A stretch of 64,000 nucleotides of DNA from an uncultured Chloroflexia bacterium (GCA_963722105.1 CAVRKQ010000004.1:101759-165758); one strand, 5' to 3'; positions 47,209-57,834 are shown, counted from the stretch's first letter. Made by a program: numbers and translations. The notes: generated by a model from the sequence alone, not told the origin.

Positions 47209-49102
47209 TCAGCCGACCAGGTCCGTCTCCGGCGGCGTCTCGGTGTCCTTGCCCTCGAGGCGGTTGCCCAGCTCGCTTGCCTTGGCGGCCTCGGCCGGCC
47301 GCGGGGCCGCGGGCGCGGCGACGCGTTCCTTCGGCCGCTGGCGGTAGCGCCGCAGGATCAGCTCGTGGATGGCCCCGGCCTCGTCCCGGACCGGCGCGGG
47401 GTCGCCCTGGTGGACGTCACGGATCCCGGCCTTCGACTGGACGACGAACCGCTCCGAGCCCCGGTACCGCGCCGTGATGTCCGCCCCATCGAGTGGGCGC
47501 AGCGCGGCGAACCAGCCGCCCCTTCGTCACGCTCGAGCCGGATCCCGATCTCGGGGCCCCAACCGAGCGGCGTGTTCGCGCCGCCGTCGATCTGCGCGGT
47601 GATCCAGACGCGGTTCCGCCGCCGGTAGCGGTTGAACGCGTAGATCCCGATCGCGAGCGCCGCGGCGAGCACGCCCCCGATGAGCGACGAACTTCGTCCA
47701 CGGCTGGCACTCGAACAGCCCGCCACACGGTGAGAAGCTCGCGGACGCGACCGACGCCGGGCTCCGCCCGATCCGGTTCTCCGCGTAGGCGATGCAGTCG
47801 TACGTCTGGCCATTCGCGAGCCCCTGCACCACGCCGGAAGGCTGGTCGACCAGCGCCGAGCCGGCGATCGCGCCCGCGGTGTCGCGGCACTCGAAGATGT
47901 ACTTCTCCGCGGGCGCACCGCCGGCGACGGGGTCCACGGACACGCGGGCCGCGGCATCGCCCGGCTCGATCCGGGGCTGCCCTGGCGCCAACGGGATCGC
48001 CAGCACGGCGACCGTCGCCGATTCCGGGCTGAACTCGCCCGGTGACGGCGCCCGTAACCCCGGCGACCGCGCAGTGGAATCGCGCGCCGGCCTCGAGCCC
48101 GGGGAGCTCCGCCTCGACCTGCTCCGGGCCCTCGACCCGGACCTCGATCGGGTCGCCGTCGCCCTCGGGTGTGCAGCGCGCCAGGTAGCCGGTGATGCCC
48201 GCGACGCCCTCCGACGGCGCGACCCACTGCACGGTCAGCGACTCGTTGCCGGCCAGGACCTGGACGTTGAGGGGGACGCCGGGCGGCGGGGGCGCGGTCG
48301 GCGTTGGGACCGGCGTCGGCGCGGCGGTCGGGGGCGGGGCGAAGTTGAAGCTGCAGGTGACCTCCTGGAGGGCCTGCGCGACGGCGATCCCCGCGTTGTC
48401 GGCCTCGGGGAACACGACCGTCGGCCACGCGAAGCTGGCCCGGCCCTCGCACGGCTCCATGTCCCGGAAATAGGTGCTGTAGATCGCCCGGAGCTCGGTC
48501 TCGAAGGCGCCGGCCGTCGAGCCAAGGCCCACCGGCAGGATCGCGAGCGGGGTCTGGCCCTCGAAGGCCGCCTCGACCTCGTTGACGACGTTCTCGTCGT
48601 CGCGGGCCGTGCCGGGGGGATCGTGCTGGCCGTCGGTGAAGAAGATGACCGCCGAGCGGGTCGTCTCGTTGGGCAGGAGGTTGGCTGCCGCGCGCAACGC
48701 CGCGACGTGGTCGGTGTTCTGCGTGTTGATGCGATCCCGCACCTGCGCGTTGGGGCCGGCTCGATACTCCGCGGCGATGTCCCGGAGGCACCGCTCGAGC
48801 GCCGCGATCGCCGCGGGATCCTCGTGCAGAGCCAGCCGCAGGCAGCGATCGCGATAGGTGATCGCCGTTCGACCGAAGACCACGAACGAGATCTCGGCGT
48901 TGCCGATCGCGAGGTCCTCGGCGTTCGCCTCGACCCGGTCGGCGATGCCCTCGAGGGCGTCGGCGAACTCCGTGTTCGTGCCGTCCTCGGACAGGAGGAT
49001 CGAGTTCGAGACGTCGAAGACGAGCACGACGTCCGAGGGATCCTCCGCCGTCTGGGCGGCAACGAGCATCGGCCCCGCGAGCATGGCGCCCATGGCGACC
49101 AA
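47209..49102 (-). CDS. Envelope protein with a signal peptide, vWA domain, PT-linker, two FN3 domains, one TM and a ~100-aa cytoplasmic tail. It needs at least 3 frame changes (about 48050, 47760, 47520). Its stop is 2 nt from the antiporter GTG start.
   Basis: vWA: VVLVFDVSNSILLSEDG...AVIFFTDGQHDPPG. FN3: VPLNVQVLAGNESLTVQWVAPSEGVAGITGYLARCTPEG and EKYIFECRDTAGAIAGSALVDQPSGVVQGLANGQTYDCIAYAENRIGRSPAS. TM helix LIGGVLAAALAIGIYAF. Tail ...FVVQSKAGIRDVHQGDPAPVRDEAGAIHELILRRYRQRP. Confidence 0.6.
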
Positions 49103-49213
49103 TGCGAGCCAGGCGGCGCCCCCGATTCGTGCTCGTCTGATGTGGACGACCTCCGCAACTCCAGCGCGACCCGGCGCGACTGTACCAGCCCGAGGCCCGC
49201 GATCAGGTCTCGA

Positions 49214-49738
49214 TCAGGTCGGCTTCGGGATCGGCCGGTTCCAGGCGTCGTGGACGAGGATGCCGAAGCGCTCGCGACAGGCCTCCTCGATCGGGATGAA
49301 CAGGAGCCCGCCCTTGATCGTCACGCTGTAGGTCGCCTTGCCGCACGGCTCCGGCGCGCGGAGCTTCACGGTCCAGGTGCCGCGCGGATCGGACCACTCC
49401 ACGGACTCGAGGCGGCCGGCCCACGCCAGGGGCTCGCCGGCCTCGTCGGTCACGAGGATCTCCCTGCCGAAGTCGAGGAAATAGCGAACGGGCTCGAGCT
49501 GCGGGCCCGGCACCGCCGCGACGAGGGCCCAGGTGCCGCCGAGCCATTCGGCATCAAGCGGGTCCGGCCACTGGGTGGGGTTGTAGGTGCGTCGCGGCGC
49601 GGGCGGCGAGGGGCTCGGCGCTGGCGCGATGGTCTCGCCCGCCGCGAGCGGCGCGGGCGGCCACTGCCCCCCAGATGCAACCCGATCCGCTGCCCGCGTT
49701 CTCCGACCGCAACCCGATCGCGCGCAGGATGGGTGCAT
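49214..49738 (-). CDS. Hypothetical protein, possibly secreted. The start and frame are uncertain.
   Basis: The C-terminal ~130 aa look protein-like (YNPTQWPDPLDAEWLGGTWALVAAVPG...CGKATYSVTIKGGLLFIPIEEACRERFGILVHDAWNRP). The N-terminal part is Arg/Gly junk. Confidence 0.3.
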   Translation of the reverse strand: MHPSCARSGCGRRTRAADRVASGGQWPPAPLAAGETIAPAPSPSPPAPRRTYNPTQWPDPLDAEWLGGTWALVAAVPGPQLEPVRYFLDFGREILVTDEAGEPLAWAGRLESVEWSDPRGTWTVKLRAPEPCGKATYSVTIKGGLLFIPIEEACRERFGILVHDAWNRPIPKPT

Positions 49739-49766
49739 TCATCGTCGAACCCCCTGTCGACGACAT

Positions 49767-50381
49767 GTGCGAACCAGCTTGCGTTCCCGGGCGAGGGCGA
49801 TAGCCCTCATCCTCGTCGTCGTACCACTGTCCCTCGCGGCAACCGCCGCGGCCGGGTCCCAGCAGAGCGAACCGACCCCGATCCCCAAATCGGCGTTTCG
49901 CCAGGTCTCGGTGCCGCCATTGAGCGGCAGCTCCTCGCCGGCGGCAACGCGCCCCGGCGATCTCGCCGATGCCGGCGAGTTGGGCGAGCTCCGCGACATC
50001 GTCCTGGCAACGACTCCCCCGCCTCGCGCCCGGCCGTCGATCGACCCGGCCAAGCCGATCGTCGTCACCGTCCCGCCGCCGGCCCCGCGGACCACGCACG
50101 CGATCCGGGGCAACGCCTCGTACTACTGCCGCGCGGGATCCTCGCCGTGCACGGTCGACCACCCTGATCGCTCCGGCGTGCAGGCCTTCGCGGCTGCCGG
50201 CCCTCGGCTTCGCGCCGCGATGGGCTCCGGCTGGCGCGACTCGATCGTCTACGTCGACGGCATCCGCGTGAAGCTCATCGACTGGTGCCAGTGCTACAAG
50301 GGCGAGTCGAACGAGAAGCTGCTCGACCTCTACTACGACGTCTTCTCGCGCACGGGCTCGCCGGTCGTCGTTCGCTGGTGA
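49767..50381 (+). CDS. Secreted RlpA-like double-psi beta-barrel (DPBB) protein.
   Basis: GTG start giving the signal peptide MRTSLRSRARAIALILVVVPLSLAATAAAG, a Pro/Ser linker, then RGNASYYCRAGSSPCTV...AFAAAGPRLRAAMG...IVYVDGIRVKLIDWCQCYKG...LLDLYYDVFSRTG. Confidence 0.6.
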   Translation: MRTSLRSRARAIALILVVVPLSLAATAAAGSQQSEPTPIPKSAFRQVSVPPLSGSSSPAATRPGDLADAGELGELRDIVLATTPPPRARPSIDPAKPIVVTVPPPAPRTTHAIRGNASYYCRAGSSPCTVDHPDRSGVQAFAAAGPRLRAAMGSGWRDSIVYVDGIRVKLIDWCQCYKGESNEKLLDLYYDVFSRTGSPVVVRW

Positions 50382-50400
50382 CCCAGGTCTCGCTGGTGAC

Positions 50401-51198
50401 CTAGCCCTCGGTGAGGAACGCGACGGCGTCCGCGAGGAGCTGGGGTCCCGGCCCGGCGTGGCCGACGCCGGGATACTCGACGTGGCGGGCGCCGGGGATC
50501 GCCGCGGCAAGCGCGCGATTCCGCTCGGGCGGGTAGAGCGGGTCCAGCCCGGCGCCCTGGACGAGCGTCGGCGCGCGAATCTCCCTGAGCCGCGGCCCGA
50601 GGTCGTGGACGTCCTCGGCCTCGATCTCCGCGAGGGCGTGGGTCGGGTCCGCCGGCGCTCCCATCCAGCGCGGCCCGTACAGCCACATCGCGATCGACAT
50701 GCGGGTGGCCTTCGTCGGAAACATCGCCCCGGCGAGCAACGCATAGACGCGCCGCCATTTCCCGCGCCGGATGAGGTCCTCAGCGCGACGGTTGAGGGCG
50801 AGCGCGCGCTCCGACAGCCGATCCGCCGTGAGCGACAGGACGAGGCGTCCCACGAGGTCCGGGTGATCGACCGCGAGGTCCTGGGCGATCACGCCGCCGG
50901 TCGAGAGCCCGATCACGCCGACGGCGCCGCCATCGGGCACGATCTCGGATCGGATCACCGCGGCATAGTCGGCCGCCATCTGGGCAATCGAGGTCGGGCC
51001 GTCGTGCGGGCGGCGCCAGACGGTCCAGAAGGTCGCGGCCTCGAGGTACGGGTGATAGCCGCCCTCGAAGGATCCGAGCTCCGCCGCGCCCGGGGTGCCG
51101 GCCTGGATCATCAGCCCTGGCAGGTAGACGATGGTCGCCGGTCCGGTTCCGACCCTGAGGAACGGCTGGCCGCTCGGGAACGTGCCGACCTCGGTCAT
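50401..51198 (-). CDS. Alpha/beta-fold hydrolase.
   Basis: IVYLPGLMIQAG...GVIGLSTGGVIAQDLAVDHPDLVGRLVL has a GxSxG nucleophile elbow, here with Thr in place of Ser (STGG) and slightly atypical...PGVGHAGP C-terminal His motif. Confidence 0.75.
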   Translation of the reverse strand: MTEVGTFPSGQPFLRVGTGPATIVYLPGLMIQAGTPGAAELGSFEGGYHPYLEAATFWTVWRRPHDGPTSIAQMAADYAAVIRSEIVPDGGAVGVIGLSTGGVIAQDLAVDHPDLVGRLVLSLTADRLSERALALNRRAEDLIRRGKWRRVYALLAGAMFPTKATRMSIAMWLYGPRWMGAPADPTHALAEIEAEDVHDLGPRLREIRAPTLVQGAGLDPLYPPERNRALAAAIPGARHVEYPGVGHAGPGPQLLADAVAFLTEG

Positions 51199-51216
51199 CG
51201 CCGGAGCCTAGTCCGA

Positions 51217-51618
51217 TCAGCCTCGCAGGATCCGGTGCCACGCCTCCCCGAGCCGCGCCCGTGCGGACTCGACCGGCGCGGGCGGAGCGAACGCCTCGGC
51301 CCCCCGGCGCTGCGCCGGATCCGGGATCAGGTCGCGAACGCCGCGAGCCTTCAGGCCCGCCGCCTGGGCGAGATTCGTGAGGGCCGCGCGGGCCGCCGCG
51401 TGTTCCTCGGCCCTCGCCGCGTGGCCTGCCCCGGCCGTCGTTCCATTCCCGCCATGCATGGTGCGTCCCTCGCGCAGGACGGCTTCGGCCGCGGCGACAT
51501 CGAGCCCCAGGGCGCGCGCGGGCACGAGCCCAGCCGCAAGGGCATCGAACGCTCCATCTCCGGGATCGACGCGACAAGCTCCTCTGTCACGCCGCCAAGA
51601 TGTTCGATTTCGGCGCAC
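51217..51618 (-). CDS. Hypothetical protein. It may be part of a frame-shifted gene that also uses frame 51351..51740.
   Basis: Only the codon-usage impression and the absence of Arg-run junk in ...AQRRGAEAFAPPAPVESARARLGEAWHRILRG support this call. Confidence 0.25.
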   Translation of the reverse strand: MRRNRTSWRRDRGACRVDPGDGAFDALAAGLVPARALGLDVAAAEAVLREGRTMHGGNGTTAGAGHAARAEEHAAARAALTNLAQAAGLKARGVRDLIPDPAQRRGAEAFAPPAPVESARARLGEAWHRILRG

Positions 51619-51942
51619 CGCGCTACAGGGCGGGTCGCAGGGCCCGCACCACTACCTCGGGGAGCCCCGGTGTCGGCCGGCGGTGACGCGCCGCGGCTGA
51701 CCCTCGCTCCCCACGCGGAAGTTCTCCAATCGTCGTCCACGGACAGCTATCCGCCAGATCCCGGGTTCGAGCGGCCTCCAGGCCGGTCTCCGGGGCCAGG
51801 CTGAGCGTGGCCAAGCCGTCGTTGCCCCTCAAACCAGCATTGGGCCGGGCGTTTCCGTGGATAGCGGTCCGGAGGTGAGAGGTACGGGATCCGGGCGGCA
51901 ACCCGGGCGGCGCGCGAGTCGTCGCCGCGAGTCGTGGCTCTG

Positions 51943-52900
51943 CTAGCTCCCCTGGCTCCCGTCGACCATCGGGCGGACCTCGTTGATCCAGCGATCCACG
52001 GTCTCGTCGTCGAAGGGTGCCGCCATCTCGGCGAGGAACGTGTGGAAGCCGATCGCCTTCACCTCGGCCATCTTCTCGGCGATGTCCTCCGGCGTGCCGA
52101 CCCAGAAGGTGTCGTCGTCGAGCACGTCGGCCATCGGCGTTCGGTTGTGCGCCATCTGGGCCTCCCAGAGGCGGCGCGCCTCTTCGCGCGTCGAGCGGAT
52201 GATCGGCTTGCAGCCGCCGGTGAACTCGATCTCGGCGATGTCCCGACCGACGTCGTCGCAGTGCCGCTGGAGCACCTCGATCTTGTGGCGGAGGAAGTCC
52301 GGCGTGCCCATCGCGTTCCACATGTCCGCCGACTTCGCGACCGTCCGCAGCGTCTTCTTCTCGCCCGAGCCGCCGATCATGATCGGCAGGCGCTCCTGGA
52401 TGGGGCGTGGAAGCAGCACGAGCTCGTCGAACTGGTAGTGCGCGCCCGGCTCCGACGTCACCGTGCCGCCGGCGAACAGGGTGCGCAGCGGCGGCCGCCG
52501 CTTCGTCGAGCCAGCCCAGGCGCTCACCCGGAGACGCACCGAACTCGATCCCGTGCGCGGCGTGCTCGAGCTCATGCCACGCGCCGCCGAGGCCCGCGAT
52601 GGCCCGCCCGCCCGAGGCGTGATCGATGGTCGTCAGCATCTTCGCCACGACCCCGGGGTTCCGGAACGTGTTCGCGCCCACGAGCAGGCCCAGCCGGACC
52701 CGCGTCGTCACCTTCGACCACGCGGCGAGGGTCGTGTAGCCCTCGAAGATCGGCTGGTACGGGTCGCCGAAAATCGCATAGAGGTGGTCCCAGGCCCACA
52801 GGCTGTCGTAGCCGAGCGCGTCGACGCGCTTCGCCGCCGCCTCGTACGCGGGCCAGTCCGTCGCCTGGTTCCAGAGCAGGATCCCGAGCTTGGTTGTCAT
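51943..52900 (-). CDS. LLM-class (luciferase-like, probably F420-dependent) oxidoreductase. One frame change lies near 52500.
   Basis: MTTKLGILLWNQATDWPAYEAAAKRVDALGYDSLWAWDHLYAIFGD...VGANTFRNPGVVAKMLTTIDHASGGRAIAGLGGAWHELEH | ...TSEPGAHYQFDELVLLPRPIQERLPIMIGGSGEKKTLRTVAKSADMWNA. Confidence 0.7.
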
Positions 52901-54090
52901 GGCGTGGATTCTGCACGTACGGGGCGCCGCGGGAGCACGGCGATGGCAACGACCACGGTTGCCGCGGCGCCGACAACCGCAGCGATCGCGAACATGCCGG
53001 CGATCCCCACGATTCCGGCAGCGAGACCCGCGGCTGCCGCGGCCACGACCTGGCTCAGGCTCAACGTCACGCCCTGGAAGATGCCCTGCCCCGTGGCAGC
53101 GAGGTGTGCGGGCACATGCTCCGCGACGAACGTGACCCCGCCGACCAGGAACAACGCGTACCCGATGCCGCCGATACCGCTTGCGACCACGAGCAGCGCC
53201 GGGTCGGCCGCGACCGAGGCGAGCGCCGACCGCAGCGCGATGAACGCGGTGCCCGCGACCAGCAGCCGTGTCCCGCCGAATCGCCTTGCGAGGCTCGGAA
53301 ATCGGAGCATCACCGGTACCTCGACGGCCGCGGACAGTGCCGACGCGATCCCGATGACGCCCGTCGCCGCACCGAGCTCCTCGAACCGCAGGGCCACGAA
53401 GTTGACCGCGGCGGCCAGTGAAGCGGCTGTGAACAGCATCCCCGTGAGAAAGAGCAGCAGGGCCGGCGTCCGGAAGACGAGGAGCGTCGCGCGAAATGGC
53501 CGGTCCGCGCGGGTGACCACGGCGGGCGCGAGCCGAAGGCCGATCGCCGCCGCGAGCACCAGCCCGGCCGCGAGGACCACGAACATGGCTCCCAGGCCCC
53601 AGGCCTGGATCGCAAAGCCCGTGAACAGCGACGAGGCGACGTACCCGACCGAGCCCCACGCCCGGACGGGGCCGTAGTTCGCGCGCTCGTCCCGAACGGT
53701 TTCGAGCGCGCGGGCATCGATGATCGGCGTCAGGCCGGTGAAGCCGACGGCGATGACGATGTTGGCCGCGAGGATGGCGGCGAAGCTCGCGGCCACGGAC
53801 ATGAACGCCACGCCGGCGAGCGCCACGCCGGCACTTGCCAGGAGCACCCGCGGCGAGCCGGCCCGCCGGTCGGAGATGGCGCCCCACGCGGGGCCCGCGA
53901 CCAACGCGACGATCGCGCCGAGGCTGATGATCGCCCCGATCTCCGCGTAGTCCAGGCCTCTGGCCAGGTAGTAGAGCGCGGCATACGGGTAGACGGCCCC
54001 AAAGCCGCCGAAGAGCACGAGGTACGCCAGGGCCGCTCGGGTGCGCGGCGCAAGGCCACGGCGGCTCGCGACCGCGCGGTCGGAGCTCAC
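52897..54090 (-). CDS. MFS transporter with 12 TM helices. GTG start. Its stop overlaps the LLM gene start and its start overlaps the GH4 stop.
   Basis: ...YLVLFGGFGAVYPYAALYYLARGLDYAEIGAIISLGAIVALVAGPAWGAISDRRAGSPRVLL... through 12 hydrophobic spans. Confidence 0.8.
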   Translation of the reverse strand: MSSDRAVASRRGLAPRTRAALAYLVLFGGFGAVYPYAALYYLARGLDYAEIGAIISLGAIVALVAGPAWGAISDRRAGSPRVLLASAGVALAGVAFMSVAASFAAILAANIVIAVGFTGLTPIIDARALETVRDERANYGPVRAWGSVGYVASSLFTGFAIQAWGLGAMFVVLAAGLVLAAAIGLRLAPAVVTRADRPFRATLLVFRTPALLLFLTGMLFTAASLAAAVNFVALRFEELGAATGVIGIASALSAAVEVPVMLRFPSLARRFGGTRLLVAGTAFIALRSALASVAADPALLVVASGIGGIGYALFLVGGVTFVAEHVPAHLAATGQGIFQGVTLSLSQVVAAAAAGLAAGIVGIAGMFAIAAVVGAAATVVVAIAVLPRRPVRAESTP

Positions 54091-55421
54091 CCGTTCGGCG
54101 CAGCCGGGAAGAAGCGCGGCAGGTGGTTGCGATTGGCCTCGAGCAGCGCATCGAGCAGCGGATCGGCGATCGACCAGTGGGCGACCAGCGGGTTGGCGAG
54201 GAGCGCCCGGAGTGCGACGTCGCGGTCGCCGGACTTGGCCGCGGCGACCGCGAGCTCCTCGTAGGCCTTCACCGCCTGGACGAGGCCGCGCATCCCGGGC
54301 TCGAGGGGCGCCTGCGGCAGCACCTGCGCGCCCTCCCGCGTGATTCGCGCCGGGACCTCGACGACCGCGTTGTCCGGCAGATCGGGGAGCGCTCGCTCGC
54401 CGTGCCCGTCGCCGTTCCGAATGTCGACGACCTGCACGTCGCCACGGCCGTCGTGGAGTGACGCGATCAGCTGGGCGGCCGCCTCGGAATAGAACGCGCC
54501 GCCACGCTGCTCGAGCAGCGCCGGCTTCTGGTCGAGGTTCGGGTTGCGGTACATCGAGAGCAGCTCGAACTCGATGTCCATCACCTGCCCGGCCCTCGAC
54601 TCGGCGCCGTCGAGCTGCGAGGCGAGCACCTTGTCGAACGCGTAGTAGTACTTGAGGTAGTAGCTCGGGATCGAGTGCGTCAGCCGGACGATCCCCGGCG
54701 GTGTTCCGACCTCGTCGGCGAGGTCCGCCGCTGCCTCCTCGAGGATCTCCGGCAGCCGCTCGACGCCGTCGACCTTGACGCCACGGATCCACGAGAGGTG
54801 GTTGAGCCCGACGTGCTCGAGCTCCACGCGCTCCGGCTCGACGCCGAACCGGGCCGCGAACCGCCGCTGGAACCCGATCGCGACGTTGCACAGCCCGATC
54901 GCCCGGTGGCCCTCGTCGAGCAGGGCCTGGGTCACGATCCCCACGGGATTGGTGAAGTCGACGATCCACGCCCGGGGAGCCGCCCGCCGGCCCACGCGCT
55001 CCGCGAGGTCGAGCACGACCGGCACGGTTCGCAGGGCCTTGGCGAACCCGCCGGCCCCGGTCGTCTCCTGCCCGATCGTCCCGAACTTCGGCGGAAGCGT
55101 CTCGTCGACGAGCCGTGCGGCCTGCCCGCCGACCCGCAGCTGGATCAGCACGAAATCGGCGCCGTCGATCGCCGCATCCGCGTCCGAGGTGGCCGTGAGC
55201 CGACCGCCCCAGCCAAGCCGATGGAGCATCCGCTGGGCCAGCCCGCCCACGATCTCGAGCCGCTCCGGATCGATGTCGAGGAGCACCAGCTCGTCGACCG
55301 GCAGGCGATCGGCCCGCCGCGCGATCCCGTCGATCAGCTCCGGCGTGTAGGTGCTCCCGCCGCCCACGACCGCAAGCTTCAGGCCCAAACCCCGCTCCTC
55401 CGCTGCACTCCGCCTTGACAT
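54087..55421 (-). CDS. GH4-family NAD+/Mn2+-dependent glycosidase (6-phospho-glucosidase / alpha-glucosidase-type).
   Basis: LKLAVVGGGSTYTPELIDGI is the N-terminal NAD-binding fold. ...FTNPVGIVTQALL...GLCNVAIGF...LNHLSWIRGV are GH4 signature regions. Confidence 0.8.
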   Translation of the reverse strand: MSRRSAAEERGLGLKLAVVGGGSTYTPELIDGIARRADRLPVDELVLLDIDPERLEIVGGLAQRMLHRLGWGGRLTATSDADAAIDGADFVLIQLRVGGQAARLVDETLPPKFGTIGQETTGAGGFAKALRTVPVVLDLAERVGRRAAPRAWIVDFTNPVGIVTQALLDEGHRAIGLCNVAIGFQRRFAARFGVEPERVELEHVGLNHLSWIRGVKVDGVERLPEILEEAAADLADEVGTPPGIVRLTHSIPSYYLKYYYAFDKVLASQLDGAESRAGQVMDIEFELLSMYRNPNLDQKPALLEQRGGAFYSEAAAQLIASLHDGRGDVQVVDIRNGDGHGERALPDLPDNAVVEVPARITREGAQVLPQAPLEPGMRGLVQAVKAYEELAVAAAKSGDRDVALRALLANPLVAHWSIADPLLDALLEANRNHLPRFFPAAPNG

Positions 55422-56308
55422 CGGCGGATGCGATTGCTTATAACGTTATCAACTCTCGCGCCAGGCACAAGACCCCGACCACCGAAACCCACCCCGATGG
55501 AGGAGGAGCCGAGCGACCCGTGGCGCGCTACCGCCTCGAGATCGGTCCCGTCCCGCTCCACCACCAGGTCTATCTTGACCTGCGGTCGGCGCTCGATTCT
55601 GGCGAGTACAAGGTGGGCGAGCGGCTCCCGCCCGAGCGCGAGCTCGCGACCCTCTACGGCTGCTCCCTGATCACGGTTCGGCGGGCCCTGGACGAGCTCT
55701 CGCGGGAGAGCCGGCTCCAACGCCGCCAGGGTCGCGGGACGTTCGTGCTCGCGCCGCGCCTGGACGTCGGCGTCGCCGACTCGCTGAGCTTCACCGAGGA
55801 GATGCAGCGCCGCGGCCTGGACGCGGAGACGCGCCTGGTCGCGGCCCGCCCCGAGGCGGCGAGCGAGACGGTCGCAGCGGCCCTCGAGCTCGAGGCCGGC
55901 TCCCCCACCCTGTACGTCGAGCGGCTCCGGCTCGCGGGCGGCGAGCCGCTGCTCCTCGAGATGGTCCACCTGCCCGCGGAGCGGTTCCCGGGGCTGCTCG
56001 CCTCGGACCTCGAGCACGGCTCGCTCTACGCGCTCCTGAACGAGCGCTACGGAACGTCCGTCGCTCGTGCCCGCGAGATCCTCGAGCCGGTCCTGCTCCC
56101 ATCCCGCGAGGCGAAGCTCCTGGGCGTCGCACGTCGCAGCCTCGGCCTGCTCGTCGAGGGCACCGCATACACGCCTGATGGCGTTCCGGTGGAGTTCGGA
56201 CGGACGTACGTCCGAGGCGACCGGACCCGCTACTACGTCGACCGCATCGTCGTCCGGTCCGGCACCAGCCGCGCCCGGGAACAGCAGCCGGCATCCGTCG
56301 CCGGCTGA
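55415..56308 (+). CDS. GntR-family regulator, HutC/UTRA subfamily (DasR/NagR-like). The true start is probably a GTG/ATG around 55500.
   Basis: HTH: LPPERELATLYGCSLITVRRALDELSRE. UTRA effector domain: ...LEAGSPTLYVERLRLAGGEPLLLEMVHLPAERFPGLL. Confidence 0.8.
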   Translation: MTSADAIAYNVINSRARHKTPTTETHPDGGGAERPVARYRLEIGPVPLHHQVYLDLRSALDSGEYKVGERLPPERELATLYGCSLITVRRALDELSRESRLQRRQGRGTFVLAPRLDVGVADSLSFTEEMQRRGLDAETRLVAARPEAASETVAAALELEAGSPTLYVERLRLAGGEPLLLEMVHLPAERFPGLLASDLEHGSLYALLNERYGTSVARAREILEPVLLPSREAKLLGVARRSLGLLVEGTAYTPDGVPVEFGRTYVRGDRTRYYVDRIVVRSGTSRAREQQPASVAG

Positions 56309-56326
56309 GTCGAGAAGGAGGAGCTC

Positions 56327-57808
56327 GTGCTCACGCAATCCCGGCGCGTCCTGTCGCTGATGGCGGCGACAGTTCTGGTCGCGAGCGCCTGCGGCTCGCC
56401 GACCACGTCCCCGACGACAACGGCCGCCGCGGGCCAGACCCAGGGCCTGCCCGCGACGCAAGGCCCGACGGCCGCGCCCGCGCAGACCTTCCACGTGCCC
56501 GCGTTCGACGCGGCCGCCCTCCGCTGGTTCTGCTGCCTCGGCGGTGGCGAGGATCCGGAGGCCCAGGTGCCGACCGAGGAGAAGGTGGCGAACGAGTTCG
56601 CCGCGAGCTACCCGGGCAGCAGCCTGAAGTTCGAGGTCACGACCTACGAGGCGGCGCCCGGCGCGCTCTCGACCCAGATCGCCGGCGACAACTCGCCGGA
56701 CATCGCGGGCCCGGTCGGCGTCGGTGGCATCGCCCAGTTCGCGGGCCAGTGGCTCGACCTCAGCCCGTACCTCACGGAGAGTGCCTACGACCTGAGCCAG
56801 TTCCCGGCGAACCTCGTCGAGTTCAACAAGACGTCCGACGGCCAGATCGGCGTGCCCTTCTCGCTCTACCCGTCCGTGCTGTGGTACGTGCCCGAGATGT
56901 TCGAGGAGATCGATCTCGCCGAGCCGCCCCACAAGTACGGCGAGATGTACACGATGCCGGACGGCACCGAGGTCGAGTGGAACTACGACACCGTCCGCGA
57001 GCTGGCGATGCTGCTCACCGTCGACAGCGAGGGCCGTGACGCCAACGATCCGAACTTCGACCCGACGAACATCGTCCAGTACGGCTTCGAGCCGCAGCGG
57101 GACGACCTCCGCGGCCTGGGTTCGTACTTCGGGGCTGGGAGCCTCGACAGCGGCGACGGCGCAACGGCGGCAGTCCCGCCAGCGTGGGCCGCCGCCTGGA
57201 AGTGGGTCTACGACGGCGTCTGGAAAGACCACTTCATCATGACCGACCAGGTCTTCAACTCCGATGCCATCGCCGCCGGCGACCAGGCGTTCTTCTCCGG
57301 CAAGGTCGCGATGAGCACCAACTTCCTGTGGATCACGTACGGCCTCGGGCCCGACTATGGCGAGACCGGCGGGAAGTGGGACATCGCGGCCGTCCCGGCC
57401 TACAACGGGACTATTACGTCGCCCCTGAACGCGGACACGTTCGCGATCCTGGAGCCGAGCAAGAACCCGGACGCGGCGTTCGCCGCGCTGGCCTACCTCA
57501 TGGAGGAGCGCGGCGACGAGCTCCTGACCCTGTACGGCGGCATGCCGGCGCGCGAGGCAGAGCGCCCCGCGTTCCTCGAGACCCTCGGGGCTACCGCGGG
57601 CTTCCCGGAGGACGCCGACTGGCAGGTCGTCAGCGACAGCGTCCAGTACGCCGACGTCCCGAACTTCGAGGGCGGGATGCCCAAGTACAACGAGACCAAC
57701 GACATCCTCCGCAAGTTCCGGAGTCGATGGCTCACCGACGGGAAGCTCGATATCGATGCGCAGATCGCCCAGCTCCTGGCAGAAGTCCAGGCCGAGTGGG
57801 ACAAGTAG
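56327..57808 (+). CDS. ABC-transporter extracellular solute-binding lipoprotein (family 1, carbohydrate).
   Basis: MLTQSRRVLSLMAATVLVASACGSP lipobox. About 490-aa SBP fold. Confidence 0.85.
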   Translation: MLTQSRRVLSLMAATVLVASACGSPTTSPTTTAAAGQTQGLPATQGPTAAPAQTFHVPAFDAAALRWFCCLGGGEDPEAQVPTEEKVANEFAASYPGSSLKFEVTTYEAAPGALSTQIAGDNSPDIAGPVGVGGIAQFAGQWLDLSPYLTESAYDLSQFPANLVEFNKTSDGQIGVPFSLYPSVLWYVPEMFEEIDLAEPPHKYGEMYTMPDGTEVEWNYDTVRELAMLLTVDSEGRDANDPNFDPTNIVQYGFEPQRDDLRGLGSYFGAGSLDSGDGATAAVPPAWAAAWKWVYDGVWKDHFIMTDQVFNSDAIAAGDQAFFSGKVAMSTNFLWITYGLGPDYGETGGKWDIAAVPAYNGTITSPLNADTFAILEPSKNPDAAFAALAYLMEERGDELLTLYGGMPAREAERPAFLETLGATAGFPEDADWQVVSDSVQYADVPNFEGGMPKYNETNDILRKFRSRWLTDGKLDIDAQIAQLLAEVQAEWDK

Positions 57809-57834
57809 CCGCCGGATAGCACCGGCCCAGGACG

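Noticed and set aside
49554-50744. 396-aa minus-strand ORF spanning the DPBB gene region, and a candidate signal peptide (MNAPILRAIGL...) for ORF 49214..49738.
   Set aside because: Mostly Arg/Gly/Pro junk and antisense to the well-supported RlpA-like gene. The putative signal peptide is not hydrophobic enough and is in a different frame.
51217-51740. Possible AhpD/carboxymuconolactone-decarboxylase-like gene using two overlapping frames (51217..51618 and 51351..51740).
   Set aside because: No convincing family motif in either frame, and the two frames overlap the same DNA. Kept only as a low-confidence hypothetical.
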